Source: Rhynchobatus australiae
Taxonomy: Eukaryota
DNA length: 64,000 nt
Direction: 5' to 3'
Assembly: GCA_034780895.1 (NCBI GenBank)
Contig: JAUZTB010000027.1
Span: 37,969,369 to 38,033,368 of the forward strand
The translations under genes were made by a program, and so were the position numbers. Every line of letters begins with the position of its first letter. Position 1 is the stretch's first letter. Below the pieces are notes generated by a model. The model did no database searches, was not told the origin of the DNA, and saw nothing but the letters and a program-made list of their open reading frames with translations. This document shows positions 1 to 11,742 of the stretch, one piece after another.

Positions 1-2967
1 ATATGATGGGAGAAAACTCTCCATCAGAGATGAAATTACTCAGTCTGCCTGCAGAATTAAAACCTGGGGATATCAGTCAGCATTGTTCCACAATCGTGCT
101 TGTGTTAAGTCTCTGTGCATTGAACTGCTCATCTTGGCCTGATAAAAAATGACAACAAGAAAGGACTGTTTTTTAAAACATAGCTTAGCATTGTAAAACT
201 GAGCATTCTCAAAGCATTACCAGGAACTTTGTATCAATAACAGACTGTTCCTTCAATTTTGTGGGTTGCACAAGTGCTTAGATATTCAAATGTACATTGC
301 CAAAAAAAACAGCTGCACGATGCTGCAGCTCCTGGACAAATGCAATATCGAAAATATTTAAAACTGGAATTTTTGAGGTGTCAGATTTGTTGCAGAGAAC
401 ACACCATAGGCTGCACCACCAACTAACACAATGGATAGTCACGAGGCACCACCATATGTTACAAGCTTCAGGGACTGGCTGAGAAGAATACATCAAACAT
501 CATCAGTTCTGTACACTTCCTTGTGGCAGATTAATGTGCAATAGGAAGGAACTTGGCAAAAGTCTCTCCTTGTCCAACAGCAACAGAGATGATGGGAAAG
601 GAAAATTTGTGGGAAAGTAAATCATAAAAATAAATTTGGAATGGATTTTTAAAAGAAGTAACATGATTGTAACGTAACATTTTAAAGCGCTGTCATATTC
701 TGAAGGACAAAACAAAAACAAACCAAGATGTTAATTAAAAATGTGTTTCCTGTAGATGGACACTTCATCAATAATTCTTCCTGCACCGTACCACAACTTT
801 CCTTGCAGAGGTTTGGTCAATTTTAACGTGAAACTAATTATTTCTTGGTGAAGGTGAAAAAGCCCCATAAATTAGGAACTGTGACTCTTCAGATCTGTTT
901 ACAGTCTCAACAGTCTTATACAAGCTCCTCATTTCCCTTCATATCTTTGCTTTTTAAGAATTGCCAAAATGGTTTCTGCTTTCCACTGAAGTCATGTTTA
1001 GCCACACTTCCTTTCTCTTGCAACATCCATATTTAATTTTTTTGGTTCCCTATTTCCACCCCCAATAGCAAGTTCCATTGCAGGAGAATCTGACAAGTCA
1101 ACAGCACAAAAGGTATTGAGTTAAAATAGGATCATGCAAGGATCCTCCAGCATCAAAGCCTCATATTTACTGGAGCAGTGCTACTTCACTATAATCTGCA
1201 CAATGTGCACGTACCTCCAAATGTTTGCTGATACTGAAATAGCTGCATTTCTTTCTTGAAATTATTCTTTGGGAACTATAATTGAATTAATTTTGGGTTA
1301 TGACAATGGAATTGCATTAGGCATCAAATTCTGGAGATGACTCGCTGAATCCAAATTAGACCAGCACTGATGCAATAGAATTCTGAGAAGATAACGGCCT
1401 ATTAAAACAAAAACTAATAAAATGCAACACTTGGTAGGAGAACTGCATTGTGCAACTGCTCGCAACTGGCAAGTGACATACTGCAGCTCCCATTCCATCT
1501 CTTCTGCTGTGACTTAGACTAATTACTCAGAACTCACTTTAATTCATGATCACTGCTTATTGTCCTGATAGGATAATTATGCATTCTGAATAATTATTCA
1601 CCTATAGGACTTCTAGACTTTCAAGCAACTAGGTTCCATTTTCTGATATTTTGAGATTGTTACAGGAATCCACAGCACAGTTAAAGCTTCTTGGTTTACA
1701 TGTGGAACTTTGTTCCCTGGAGTCAGTTTTATGATATAATAATAAACTAATAATTGCTTCTAAGTGGGACAATCACATTGACGTGACTTTAAAGCTTGCC
1801 ATCTACTAGAATAGATTGTTCAATAAACAATATTGCAGTGCTAAGCTCGAAATGTGGAATCAGTGCTGTCATAATCAGCTATCAGTGGAATCAGTTGCGA
1901 GTCAACTAGCTTTAGAGGTTAATCTGAATTACAGCAAACACATATTCAGTAAACCTTTCCAAGAGAAGTTTTGTAAACTTGCAGAATTGTATATCTCCAA
2001 CTATTGTAATTAACTTTTGCCTTGATCCAACCTCAAGAAACATAACTAGTTTTGCACCCACATTATCTGCCTGCCATTACTTCCTTTGCATCCCAACCCC
2101 ATTCTACTCCTTGCTTGCAAATGACCCGAATAATTATATGGGAAGGCCCACTGGAGGTGTCAGTTTGACTCTGTGATTTGAACTCACAGATGGAAGTTCC
2201 TAACATACACGGGAGAACCTGACATGATCTGGATTGTAAGAGTCCCAACAAGGAACAAGTGGAAGTTATGGCTGAATGACAGAACAGCAAAACAAAAGAG
2301 CCAAGTGTTAATGAGCAGCATTGTTCCACAGGTAGAATATGGAAAAGATGTAAACCAAACATGGTTGATTACTAGGGTTGTAACAAATCAACAGTTGTAC
2401 TTTTTTTGGCAAAAACTAGGATGAAAGAAAGAAGAATTAAAGTCTTGGCAATGGTACACTCCAAAGCTTTGGGTGGCCATGAGATTTTATGCTAAAGGAA
2501 GAGGAGCCTGGAGTTGAAGCAGCATGATTAGTGCTGAGGAACTGGAACAGCACCAGATTATGCTGCTACAAATTCAAGGTAATATTCGAGTCATTAAATA
2601 AAGTAAATGAATGAAGTTTCTAAATAGGTAAATTTTGTTACAGCCCTAATGATAACCAGTAAACAACAGAGGCTGGCACAGGACAAAGCCTCCAGGGTTA
2701 AATACTGGTGGCTCAGTGACTAAGAATTCAGAGCGGAATATGCTACATTTATACTGTGCACCACTGCACCCATGATCTCTTCCAAAATGCAATGCTTTCA
2801 GTCGTGTAACCTGATAAAATGTAACAAGGATGCTGGCAGGAAAGAAGATCAGTCAGCACCTGTCTTGTGGGCAGTGCGATGGTCTTCGAGAAAAGGGGAA
2901 GGGTTGTTGTAGGTCTTGAACAGGAGGTGAGGGGGCAGTATCTGAGGTCTTTCCACTGCCACAGCAG
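1..2967 (-). other. RANBP10: Probable RANBP10 3'UTR (may extend beyond the window start)
   Basis: Lies directly downstream of the stop codon, with no recognisable repeats over about 3 kb. No AATAAA was seen on the minus strand; only ATTAAA variants near 1032 and 1538. Confidence 0.55.
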
Positions 2968-3129
<162 letters not shown>

Positions 3130-3216
3130 TCAGTTTCACCTCTGAATCCCCATGTTCACTCCAGCATTAAAAAGCACCTAAACCAACACCTTTATCATTT
3201 CTCCCCATTTAAAATA

Positions 3217-3446
3217 CAGGAAGTCCCCGGGTTACGAACGAGTTCAGTTTTTGAGACTGTTCGTAACACGATTTTGTATGCAACTTGGAACAGTGTCCAC
3301 GCATGCGCACTTGGCCCAGGGATCGTGGCCGCGCATGCATGCTTGGCCCGGGGTTGGGCCGAAGAAGGTGTACTGCCGCCATGGTAGGATCAGGGGCTGG
3401 GCCCGCTTATGAACCGACCACGAAGGTTGGTTCGTAAGTATGGGCG
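3217..3446. mobile_element. Tc1/mariner pogo/Tigger-like non-autonomous element (MITE); right end in gap
   Basis: TA followed by CAGGAAGTCCCCGGGTTACGAACG (Tigger-type TIR). The distal end ttcgtaagtatgggcg runs into N. GC/CpG-rich interior. Confidence 0.7.
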
Positions 3447-3732
3447 NNNNNNNNNNNNTTTTTTTTCTCTTTCCAATTAAATTTCTGAACTAAAATTATC
3501 AAATGAGAAGGTACATTCATAAGGGAGGACAATTAGATTGCCCTGAGAAGTGTGCAATTTTCAACAGCAGCTAGGCAGAGAGTAAGAGGCAACCCCACAA
3601 TGGTATTAGTTCACACACCCTTCAGGCTTACTTTGGACAAGGAAAGACTGGGCCAAAATTGGCAACAAGGCCTAATTTCTACCATCATAATTCAAAGGAT
3701 TCAAAACTTGCTCATTTTTTTCTGCTGCTTAC

Positions 3733-3947
3733 CTAAAATAGCACTATTAAGGGCAGCACAAATAGGTTCCCTCTGGATAGGATCAAGCTGTTGCCCAACT
3801 GGACAGCTCCAAGGATCAGNNNNNNNNNNNNNNNNNNNNNNNNNNNNNNNNNNNNNNNNNNNNNNNNNNNNNNNNNNNNNNNNNNNNNNNNNNNNNNNNN
3901 NNNNNNNNNNNNNNNNNNNCAGAGTACGCTAGCAGACTAAATGCATC
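3733..3947 (-). CDS. RANBP10: RANBP10 coding exon (exon 13 equivalent), CRA domain; interrupted by a spurious 100-N gap
   Basis: ttttccag|GATGCATTTAGTCTGCTAGCGTACTCTG[N100]CTGATCCTTGG...ATTTTAG|gtaagc. Removing the gap and the 3-nt overlap gives 112 nt: [37 protein letters not shown](E). Confidence 0.94.
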
Positions 3948-4800
3948 CTGGAAAAGAAAGATAAAAAGTAACAGCAGATATTAACAAAAAGCTTTAACAC
4001 CACATAGGAATTATCTGACTCCTATTTCATTCATTTTTACCCCCCGACCCCACTGTCCAAAAATATAATTATAGCCTTTATCCAAATAAGCAGCTGACCT
4101 CTCAGGCCTCTATCTATATTGCTTTTCAGCTAGGAATCGTGCAACAGCAACTTGTCAGGAGAGTTCTGGCCTTTTATTGACAGCTCTTCATAACAGTACA
4201 GAAATAACCAAGGAGCAGATGTAAGGAACAATGCCTGATTCTCAACTCGCCGTGATGCAACCTGCTGTAATATTAAACACATCATTCAATCCAAATGGAT
4301 AAACAAAATGGAAAGATTATTGAAGAGTTTTTGTTTGTTTGCTCAGAAGGACTTATAAAAGAGTTGCACTTCAACATTGGATTTCAAAGCAAAATATACT
4401 TGGTCTATTAAAAAAACCTTTTTTGTCTCCCTCAGTAATTGACAAATGCTATTTTCTTCAGAGAGTCTTGCTCCAGGGCACCATGGCAGGGATCATCTCA
4501 CATTGGCTGGTCAAGAGTAAAGACTGATATTAAAAGAAAGTCAGAAAGACCTGAGAATAAGAGAGCTGAGAGAACAGGCTTGAAACAGACTCAGAAAATC
4601 AGAATGTTGGAAGGCAATTAAAATTTATTCTGCCTGAGCAAGGTGATCGACTAATGTGGGAAGGCATTACATCCCTACTATTTGGAAAGATTACATGAGG
4701 CTAACTTGTATTAAATGAGAAGCTGATTAATCATTATATGCTCTTTGTTATAAGAGAAAATTGCTTAATGATTCACAGTTAGATTTGTTTTTCTCATTAT

Positions 4801-5102
4801 TATTCATACTAAAGATGTGGGCCCCATTGCAATGCCAGTATTTATTGTCCATTCCTAATTACCCCTCTCAGTCAAGGGTCAACCATACTGGTGATATGGA
4901 GTTACATATCAAGTAAGGATGTCAGAGTTCCTTCCCTGAAGGACATGTGTGAAGTGGATGGATTTTTTTTGAACAAAATCCAGTAGTTTCATGGTCAAGG
5001 TTTTACTTCAAAGTAAATTGCCCAGCTATCATGTTGGGATTAAAACTCTTGGGACTGGATTAATTGCTCATAACTCTGCTTATTTAGTATAGTACCGTAC
5101 CC
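4801..5102 (-). mobile_element. tRNA-derived SINE sharing head and tail with the LINE at 12153-13930
   Basis: The minus strand reads gggtacggt...ttttaatcccaacatg...gaccatgaaact...tgtccttcagggaaggaa...taattaggaatggacaataaatactggc...cccacatc. Similar copies occur at 18790 and 53461. Confidence 0.65.
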
Positions 5103-5827
5103 AATTCTTCGATCTCCAATGATCTTTCTTGCTCCATTTATCATTTTTATCTGCTGAACATCACAAGAGATTATGAACATAACTCATCTTTTTAATCAAC
5201 TTCACTGCCAGTGAATTTTTCTGTCTTTCTTTTGATTTCTTACCAAAACCAGAGGTGTGGGCCTCTATCTTGAGCCCAAGACCAAGCTCGGCATAATGAT
5301 ATAAAAAGCTTACCAACTGCAAGCACTTGTACTTTCGGTCTTCAAGAAATTATTTTTTATACCTACTTCATTAGCATTTTAACCAACTTTGACACAAGAT
5401 ATTTTTGTTTTACAAGAGGTATTTGAATAATTATTGTAAAAATATTTAATGTAACCCCTACGAATCTTTTTGTGGTAAACGCATCAAAAAATTAAATGTG
5501 ACTAGTGGCAACTCCAAAAATATCATATACATCTTCTAATCAGGAATAAGTTTAAACCCCAGACATATCTGGCTCCCAACAACTAATCACTTCCTACTTA
5601 GTCAGACTAAAAGAAAATTCTGTTGATTATTCCAACAATGGCAGTCTAATGATATTTTTCAACTACCTTCTGTTGTTTGTAAAGGAAACACATTGTAGCT
5701 GGTGTTGTTAATGAAATGGAAAATAGCTTTGGAAATATACACCTTTTGAAAGCTGCTTATAAAATTATAAAGCTAGAGGAAGACAGTGCTCAATGCTGCA
5801 ATGTTCAAAATAGTGAGTATGCAATAC

Positions 5828-5973
5828 CTGCAACATTTTTTTGTGTGTGGCATTCTTCCCATATTCTCGGCAAAGTTGTTCACTCAAAGCTTGCAACTCC
5901 CGTCCAAATTGGATCATGCGTTCAGTTGCAGCTTGGTTACCTCCACAAAGTTGACGTTGGGGGCAGCTGTCTT
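5828..5973 (-). CDS. RANBP10: RANBP10 coding exon (exon 12 equivalent), start of CRA domain
   Basis: atatag|AAGACA...TTGCAG|gtattg, 146 nt. (E)[48 protein letters not shown]. Confidence 0.95.
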
Positions 5974-6704
5974 CTATATTTGTAAAATTAAATTATACAA
6001 GAAAACAAAAACCATTACAATGATGCCACAAACTAAATCTGAGACTGTGCCAGAATGAGGACTCCATGCAAATTAACTGCTGCACTTCAGCTAAAAGATC
6101 AATATAGTTTGCAAGCCTTAGAATCTTATTTAAAAAAAAATGAATGCCCAACTAACAGATATGTTATACAAACTTTAGGCAATGCTTATGGAGTCACAGA
6201 ACAGGTGAAATAAGACCGTAATGTTTTACAGAAATGTATTCAAAATGCAATGATTTTAGTACTAGTGTTATAACACTTCCAAGTTATATTTATTGTTCTT
6301 TTATTTTGCTGTGTCAGGTGGGACACTGTTGATGGTGAGGGAATTGCTGAAGAATGTAGGCAATATTACACTGTGGTGACTAAGCATATCAGTCAGGTGA
6401 AGACACAAGTTGATGGAATTTGGCTGCTGAGGTATCAAGGCATTAGCAATACTTTCTGGTGTCAAGTGTTGGAAGTGAAGTATGTAAAAATTTAAGTGGG
6501 ACTTCTGCCTGCAAGGTGCATGGGCTGAAAGAGGCAGCAACTAAAAAGTGCTTTGGTGGCTTGTGAGATATGAGATTGAGGAGAGTTGAAAAATAAATTA
6601 GTGGGGTTGGATTGAGAAAGTGGATGGAGCCAAGAGGAAGAAATTTATTTTAAAAAATATAAGCAAAGCTAGAAGCAGAATGTTGTCTGGGCTAAGATCT
6701 GAAA

Positions 6705-7119
6705 GCACGGTAGTGTAGCGGTTAGCATGATGCTAATATAATGCGAGTGATTGGGGTTCGATTCCCACTGCTGTCTGTAAGGAGTTTGTATGTTCTCCCC
6801 GTGTCTGCGTGGGTTTCCTCCCATGTTCCAAAGATGTGCGGGTGGGTTAACATGGGTTTAAAATGGGCAGCAAGGACTCATTGGACTGGACGGGCCTATT
6901 ANNNNNNNNNNNNNNNNNNNNNNNNNNNNNNNNNNNNNNNNNNNNNNNNNNNNNNNNNNNNNNNNNNNNNNNNNNNNNNNNNNNNNNNNNNNNNNNNNNN
7001 NGTAGGTTAGTATTCCAAAGACATACGGGTGGGTTAACATGGGTTTAAAATGGGCAGCAAGGACTCATTGGACTGGAAGGGCCTATTATCTTGCTGTATA
7101 AATAAAGTTTAAAAAAAAA
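6705..7119 (+). mobile_element. V-SINE (HE1-like elasmobranch SINE) with CR1-type tail; 3' part duplicated across a gap
   Basis: A/B-box head (tagtgtagcggttagc, ggttcgattccc) and V-domain gtttgtatgttctccccgtgtctgcgtgggtttcctcc, ending aataaag-poly(A). About 80 nt repeat on both sides of the N100 gap. Confidence 0.85.
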
Positions 7120-8339
7120 TAATTTTGGTGGACAAAATGGTTATAACATCTGTGGGTGAATGACAGGAATAGAAAAGCACAATATGAACTACAAGTCAGA
7201 GGGAAAATTACATGTTTTATTATTTACATTCAGTACTCACCTTTCAAAAGCCAGATTTTTTAAAAACCGAAAGCATTGTAAGTGGTTACAACTGAGTTTG
7301 CAATAATTGCAAATGCTTGTAGGATTTTGAAAGCTTAAGTCCCATAAAAAAAAAACTGCCTTGCATTCAGGTGTGGTAGTGGGATTCTGCTGAAAACTTG
7401 ACAACAAATGTACAAACGTAAGTTAGAATCTTAAGAAACACTGAAAGAGCCTGTTGGTTAACATTGAGAGGTGGCATAAGGAGAAAACTTGATATTGATT
7501 AATGAAGTTGTCATAACGAATAACTTCAAAACAGAAATTGTGATGACTAGGTAATTGCATAATGGAACAGTATTATTGCTGAAAAATAATATCAAAAGAG
7601 CAGTAGAGTAAGTAAAGGCACAGGATGGAATAGTTATAATTAATAAGGGATGGATATGACTCTGCGGCCATGAGATGTAATGAAATTGAACAAGGATTGA
7701 ATAAAAATCATACTGGGAGTGATGTATCTTATTGACTACTAGGAATTAGCTTGTGAGTAGGGATGCCAGGATAGTGCAGAGGTCAGGGACTAGAGGGCAA
7801 TATGTCAACTGCTGGGATTTGGTAAGGAGTATCTGAGGTTATGGGATATTACAGTCAGTTGGGAATGGGTTGGAAGAGGATGGCAAGGAGGAATTAACTG
7901 CTGAGGGTCAGTATTGTGGGTTGAGGCAGGAGGTCTTGAGGGAAGCAGTCAGGCAATTAATCAGTTCATGGAGGAGGATCTACGAGGTTTGTGACTGGGA
8001 GGGTTAGGGAATGGGTTGGTGCAAGGAATAGTTGCCATGATGGGTAAATACATTATCTAAAGAGGACCTACTTGAAGCAGGAACCTAGTACCAGACTCCA
8101 CTGCCTGGGACCTACTCAGGCAGTTCTCCACGTATTGCTGAGAAAGACCTCACGTGCTATGAAGGGCTGCTGATGCATGTATGACAACATCATCACAGGC
8201 CTTGCGTATGTGATTCAAAATCCTAGACGTTTTGTCCAAGTTTGCGATGCAAGTCATTGTACACCACTGTGCATGTCACATCCATGGAGAACCCAGATGG
8301 AAGACTACAGAACTGCAATTATTCTTGTTTTGAGGAAAG

Positions 8340-8590
8340 AAAATCAGGAGGAACTTGACAGAGGTGTTAAAATTATGAATGGCTTTGGTGACTCAACATT
8401 CTGCAACCATTAGACACAGGTTCAAGGTAATTGGCAAAAGAAACAATGCTAATGTGAGGAACACTTTTCATACAAGTTAAGAAATGAAATGCACTACTTG
8501 ATAGAGTGTTGGTATTAGATTGAATACTAACTTTAAAAATGGAACCAAATAAAATACTTGAGGGGAAAAATTTGCAAGACTACGAAGAAA
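8340..8590 (+). mobile_element. Degraded CR1 LINE 3' fragment
   Basis: gaggtgttaaaattatgaatggcttt...ttcaaggtaattggcaaaaga...aatgcactac...tttaaaaatggaac resembles the CR1 ORF2 C-terminus. Confidence 0.55.
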
Positions 8591-8596
8591 CACACA

Positions 8597-8902
8597 GGCA
8601 TGGTAGTGTAGGCAGGCACAGTAGTATTGCAGTTAGAGTATTGCTATTACAGTGCCAGAGACCCGGGTTCAAGTCCAGCCGCTGTCTGTAAGGAGCTTGT
8701 ATGTTCTCCCTGTGGGTTTCCTCCAGGTGCTCTGGTTTCCTCCCACATTCCAAATACATACAGGTTAGGAACTTGTGGGCATGCTACGTTGGCGCCAGAA
8801 GCGTGGCGACACTTTCGGGCTGCCCCAAGAACATTCTATGCAAAAGATGTATTTCACTGTGTGTTTTAATCTACATGTGACTAATAAAGAAATCTTATCT
8901 TA
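8597..8902 (+). mobile_element. Full-length V-SINE with Rex1/Babar-like tail
   Basis: B box gggttcaagtcc and V-domain atgttctccctgtgggtttcctccaggtgctctggtttcctcccaca. Tail tttcactgtgtgttttaatctacatgtgactaataaagaaatcttatctta. Confidence 0.88.
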
Positions 8903-9635
8903 ATTGATTAGCTCTCCCAAAGCTAACCAATTAGTCCTAATTAGCCAACGGCTTGGTTATTTTTTGATTCTGCAGTCTATCGTGNNNNNNNNNNNNNNNN
9001 NNNNNNNNNNNNNNNNNNNNNNNNNNNNNNNNNNNNNNNNNNNNNNNNNNNNNNNNNNNNNNNNNNNNNNNNNNNNNNNNNNNNGTGTAATTGTTTAATC
9101 TTTATCATGCTAGTTCTAATCTTAGGATATCTGGCAGTAAAATTCTTAAAATCATTGAATTTACAGATCACTGTCTAATATCCTTACAATACTAAAGGAG
9201 ATGCTGGGCTTAAACAGTGCCTGTAGATATGCAGAGTATTGCAGGCAAGGGAGAGCAAATAGTTGTTCAAATTTTAAGGAATGGTGATGCAGTCAACTTT
9301 GCCAACAAGAACGGGAAGGCAATTTCAAAAAAACAAAAACACTGAATCACATATTTCTATTTTTCATTTTCAACAGCAGAGGAACTCAAGTTAAGGAGGG
9401 TTGAAGTCAGGAAAGGGAGCAATGTGATGTTGTGAAAATAGAAGATTCCTATATGACAAGAAAATTTGAGTACAGAATCTCACTCTCTTAACTCCTTGTT
9501 GAAATATTGAGCTTCCATAGCTTTTTCCTCCTTCTGTCCCCTCTCCCTTCCAAACATAATTGTGTACAGATCTATCACCTGTCCCTTTGTTTGCTCTCAC
9601 AATGTGCACACCACTGTCCCTGTGTCTTATCCTAC

Positions 9636-9760
9636 CCATGCTGGACTCATCAGTCTGCAGGATTTCTTCGTGTTTGTAGTTGCCATTCATTATTCTAGTG
9701 GAGGAATTTTCCAAGACTCCATTGGTGTAGTGCTCTGGTTCCATTTCCATTTCACTGTCA
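9636..9760 (-). CDS. RANBP10: RANBP10 coding exon (exon 11 equivalent)
   Basis: ttcaacag|TGACAG...GCATGG|gtagga, 125 nt. (S)[41 protein letters not shown](E). Confidence 0.95.
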
Positions 9761-10929
9761 CTGTTGAACAATGATAAATAAATCAGGCAGTAAAATCTTC
9801 TCACACATTTCATGGAAAAATCTGCTGAGGTGACCACCCAGGAACCAAAACATAAAGAGCAATATCTTCATCTGCTCAGACAACTTTGTCTAATTTTTTT
9901 CCTGCTGTACATTGATTTTTTTATTCACCACTTGATAAATTCCTACTCGTATATGATTATATGCGAGTAGGAATTTATCAAGTCAGGAATCAGATGTTTA
10001 TGCTCTCCCCATAGTAGAGCTAAAACAAACAAAAGCAACAGGTTGCAGTTACCTTCCCTGTTTCCCAAGTATCATATTTAAAGTTACTTTCTCTATTCCC
10101 AAGGTGCTTGAAATCAAAAGGCAGCATCCTATTTATTTTAATAAAAGGTGCACTGCATTTAAAGTTCACTATCAAGGAGCATAAGGACCTAAACAGCTGA
10201 TAAATCAAAGATAATTTTATTGCAAGTTAATTTCATCATTCCCTAGTGACAATGCTGTCGTGCAAGAATTTCCAAATTACCTATTTCACCTGGCTATTTG
10301 TTTGTTGGTTTGGGTTATTTTTCTCTTCAGTGGATTTTGCTATAAATCAGGTACACGTGTACACAGGACTGTGTTTCATAAAAGTTGGTATCTGGAAACT
10401 GTTAAATACACCTTGGAAAAACGTGGATCAGGGGTCTGACTGTTTTGGAATTTAATAGCAAAGATAAAAACAAATTAATTCAGCACCAATGATGACACAG
10501 CTGCACTCTCTCCCAAGTCAGAACATTTCAAAGATGCCAGTTTTCCCCAACATATTCGCCTCTATATCTCAGCTGTTGTATTATGGTGATTGCTCAGTAT
10601 TGGAGGACCGATAACAGGGCATTAATTATGACCATGACGTATACATCACATTAGTCAATAAGCATCCTACCAAAAATGTTCCTTATATCCATAACATTAA
10701 TTTCCATATCAGCAATTACACTCGATGGCAGTCAAACACTTTACAACTTCAGATTATTGTTGTTCTGATATTTTTCAGCATCCTCCTTACATTCAGAAGC
10801 TCTGAGACTGTGCAGTCTAAATTAGCCATTTTACTGTCAGGCATGATCAACTAAAACAAATCAAGATGTAGGTAAAAACTTTCATCTGCAAACACCTCTA
10901 AGACAAAAAGCTTATGATCAACTTAATTA

Positions 10930-11055
10930 ATGCATTACCATCAGAGTCTGCACTATCAACATTCTAAGGATCATCACTGACCAGAAGCTCGACTGGACTA
11001 GCCACATAAACATTGCCACTACAAAGGCAAATCAAATGCTGGGCAACCTGATATG
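10930..11055 (+). mobile_element. Short fragment of the same LINE family as 12153-13930 and 61860-63300
   Basis: cactgaccagaagctcgactggactagccacataaac...aaaggcaaatcaaatgctggg parallels 13060-13095 and 62660-62725. Confidence 0.5.
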
Positions 11056-11289
11056 AGTATATAATACCTCTTTATATGACATGAGCTCCTAGATCCCCCA
11101 TTCACAATGATTAAATATTTCAAATATCATTTTATCAGAAAGGAATCAAAGATGTGCATTTGGGTGATTACTTTCTGTGAACTCATAGAATGGAAACCAA
11201 ATTGTCTTTAGTTTGCAAAGATGCTCCTGCTTTCGTTAACCTGAAAACACATAATTGTATTCAACACGGCTGCATTGTGACAAACATAC

Positions 11290-11488
11290 CTGGTTTCCTG
11301 GTTACTTGTACTACTGTGTTGCTGGGATTTGGAAGAGTCTGTAGAATTGGACTCTGAATAGTTTACAGAGGAAGGTGAGGAAGAAGATGAAGATGATGAA
11401 GATGATGAACTTATAGCTGGATATTTGTTGTGGATCGGTTTGCTTTTCAACGGCACAATTCCATTGCTGCAGTTTGGACTTTCTGCTC
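11290..11488 (-). CDS. RANBP10: RANBP10 coding exon (exon 10 equivalent), poly-Ser linker
   Basis: ttttgcag|GAGCAG...AACCAG|gtatgt, 199 nt. (G)[26 protein letters not shown]12[28 protein letters not shown](S). The poly-Ser tract followed by [14 protein letters not shown] is characteristic of RANBP10 rather than RANBP9. Confidence 0.96.
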
Positions 11489-11539
11489 CTGCAAAACACA
11501 CAATAGATTTAGTTAATAGAAAAAGCTCTCACTGACATG

Positions 11540-11742
11540 ACTATGAGCTGCCAGTGGAGGTGGTAGAGGCAGCTACAATTACAACGTTCAAAAGATATTT
11601 GGACAAGTACATCAAAAGGAAAGATTTTGAGGATATGGACCAAACACAGACAAATGGGATTAGTGTAGATTGGCATCTTGGTTAGCATGGACAAGTTGGG
11701 CCAAAGGGCCTGTTTCTATACTGTATAACTCTATGAGTCTAT
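11540..11742 (+). mobile_element. CR1 (HER1-like) LINE 3' end
   Basis: gagctgccagtggaggtggtagaggc...ttggacaagtac...gggccaaagggcctgtttct...ctgtataactctatga is a typical elasmobranch CR1 tail. It lies about 50 nt from the exon-10 acceptor. Confidence 0.85.

Noticed and set aside
6705-6775. tRNA gene (also the SINE heads at 8615 and 50010)
   Set aside because: The A/B boxes run directly into the V-SINE body with no full cloverleaf or terminator.
6826-7088. Apparent tandem duplication around the gap (also at 15667-15828 and 36292-36421)
   Set aside because: The duplicated flanks abut exactly 100 N, which fits unmerged contig or haplotype overlaps rather than real repeats.
7241-7333. Perfect donor AAG|gtgagt as a coding cassette exon (51 or 93 nt)
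   Set aside because: The upstream acceptors are weak and the required frame contains TAA; there is no further support.
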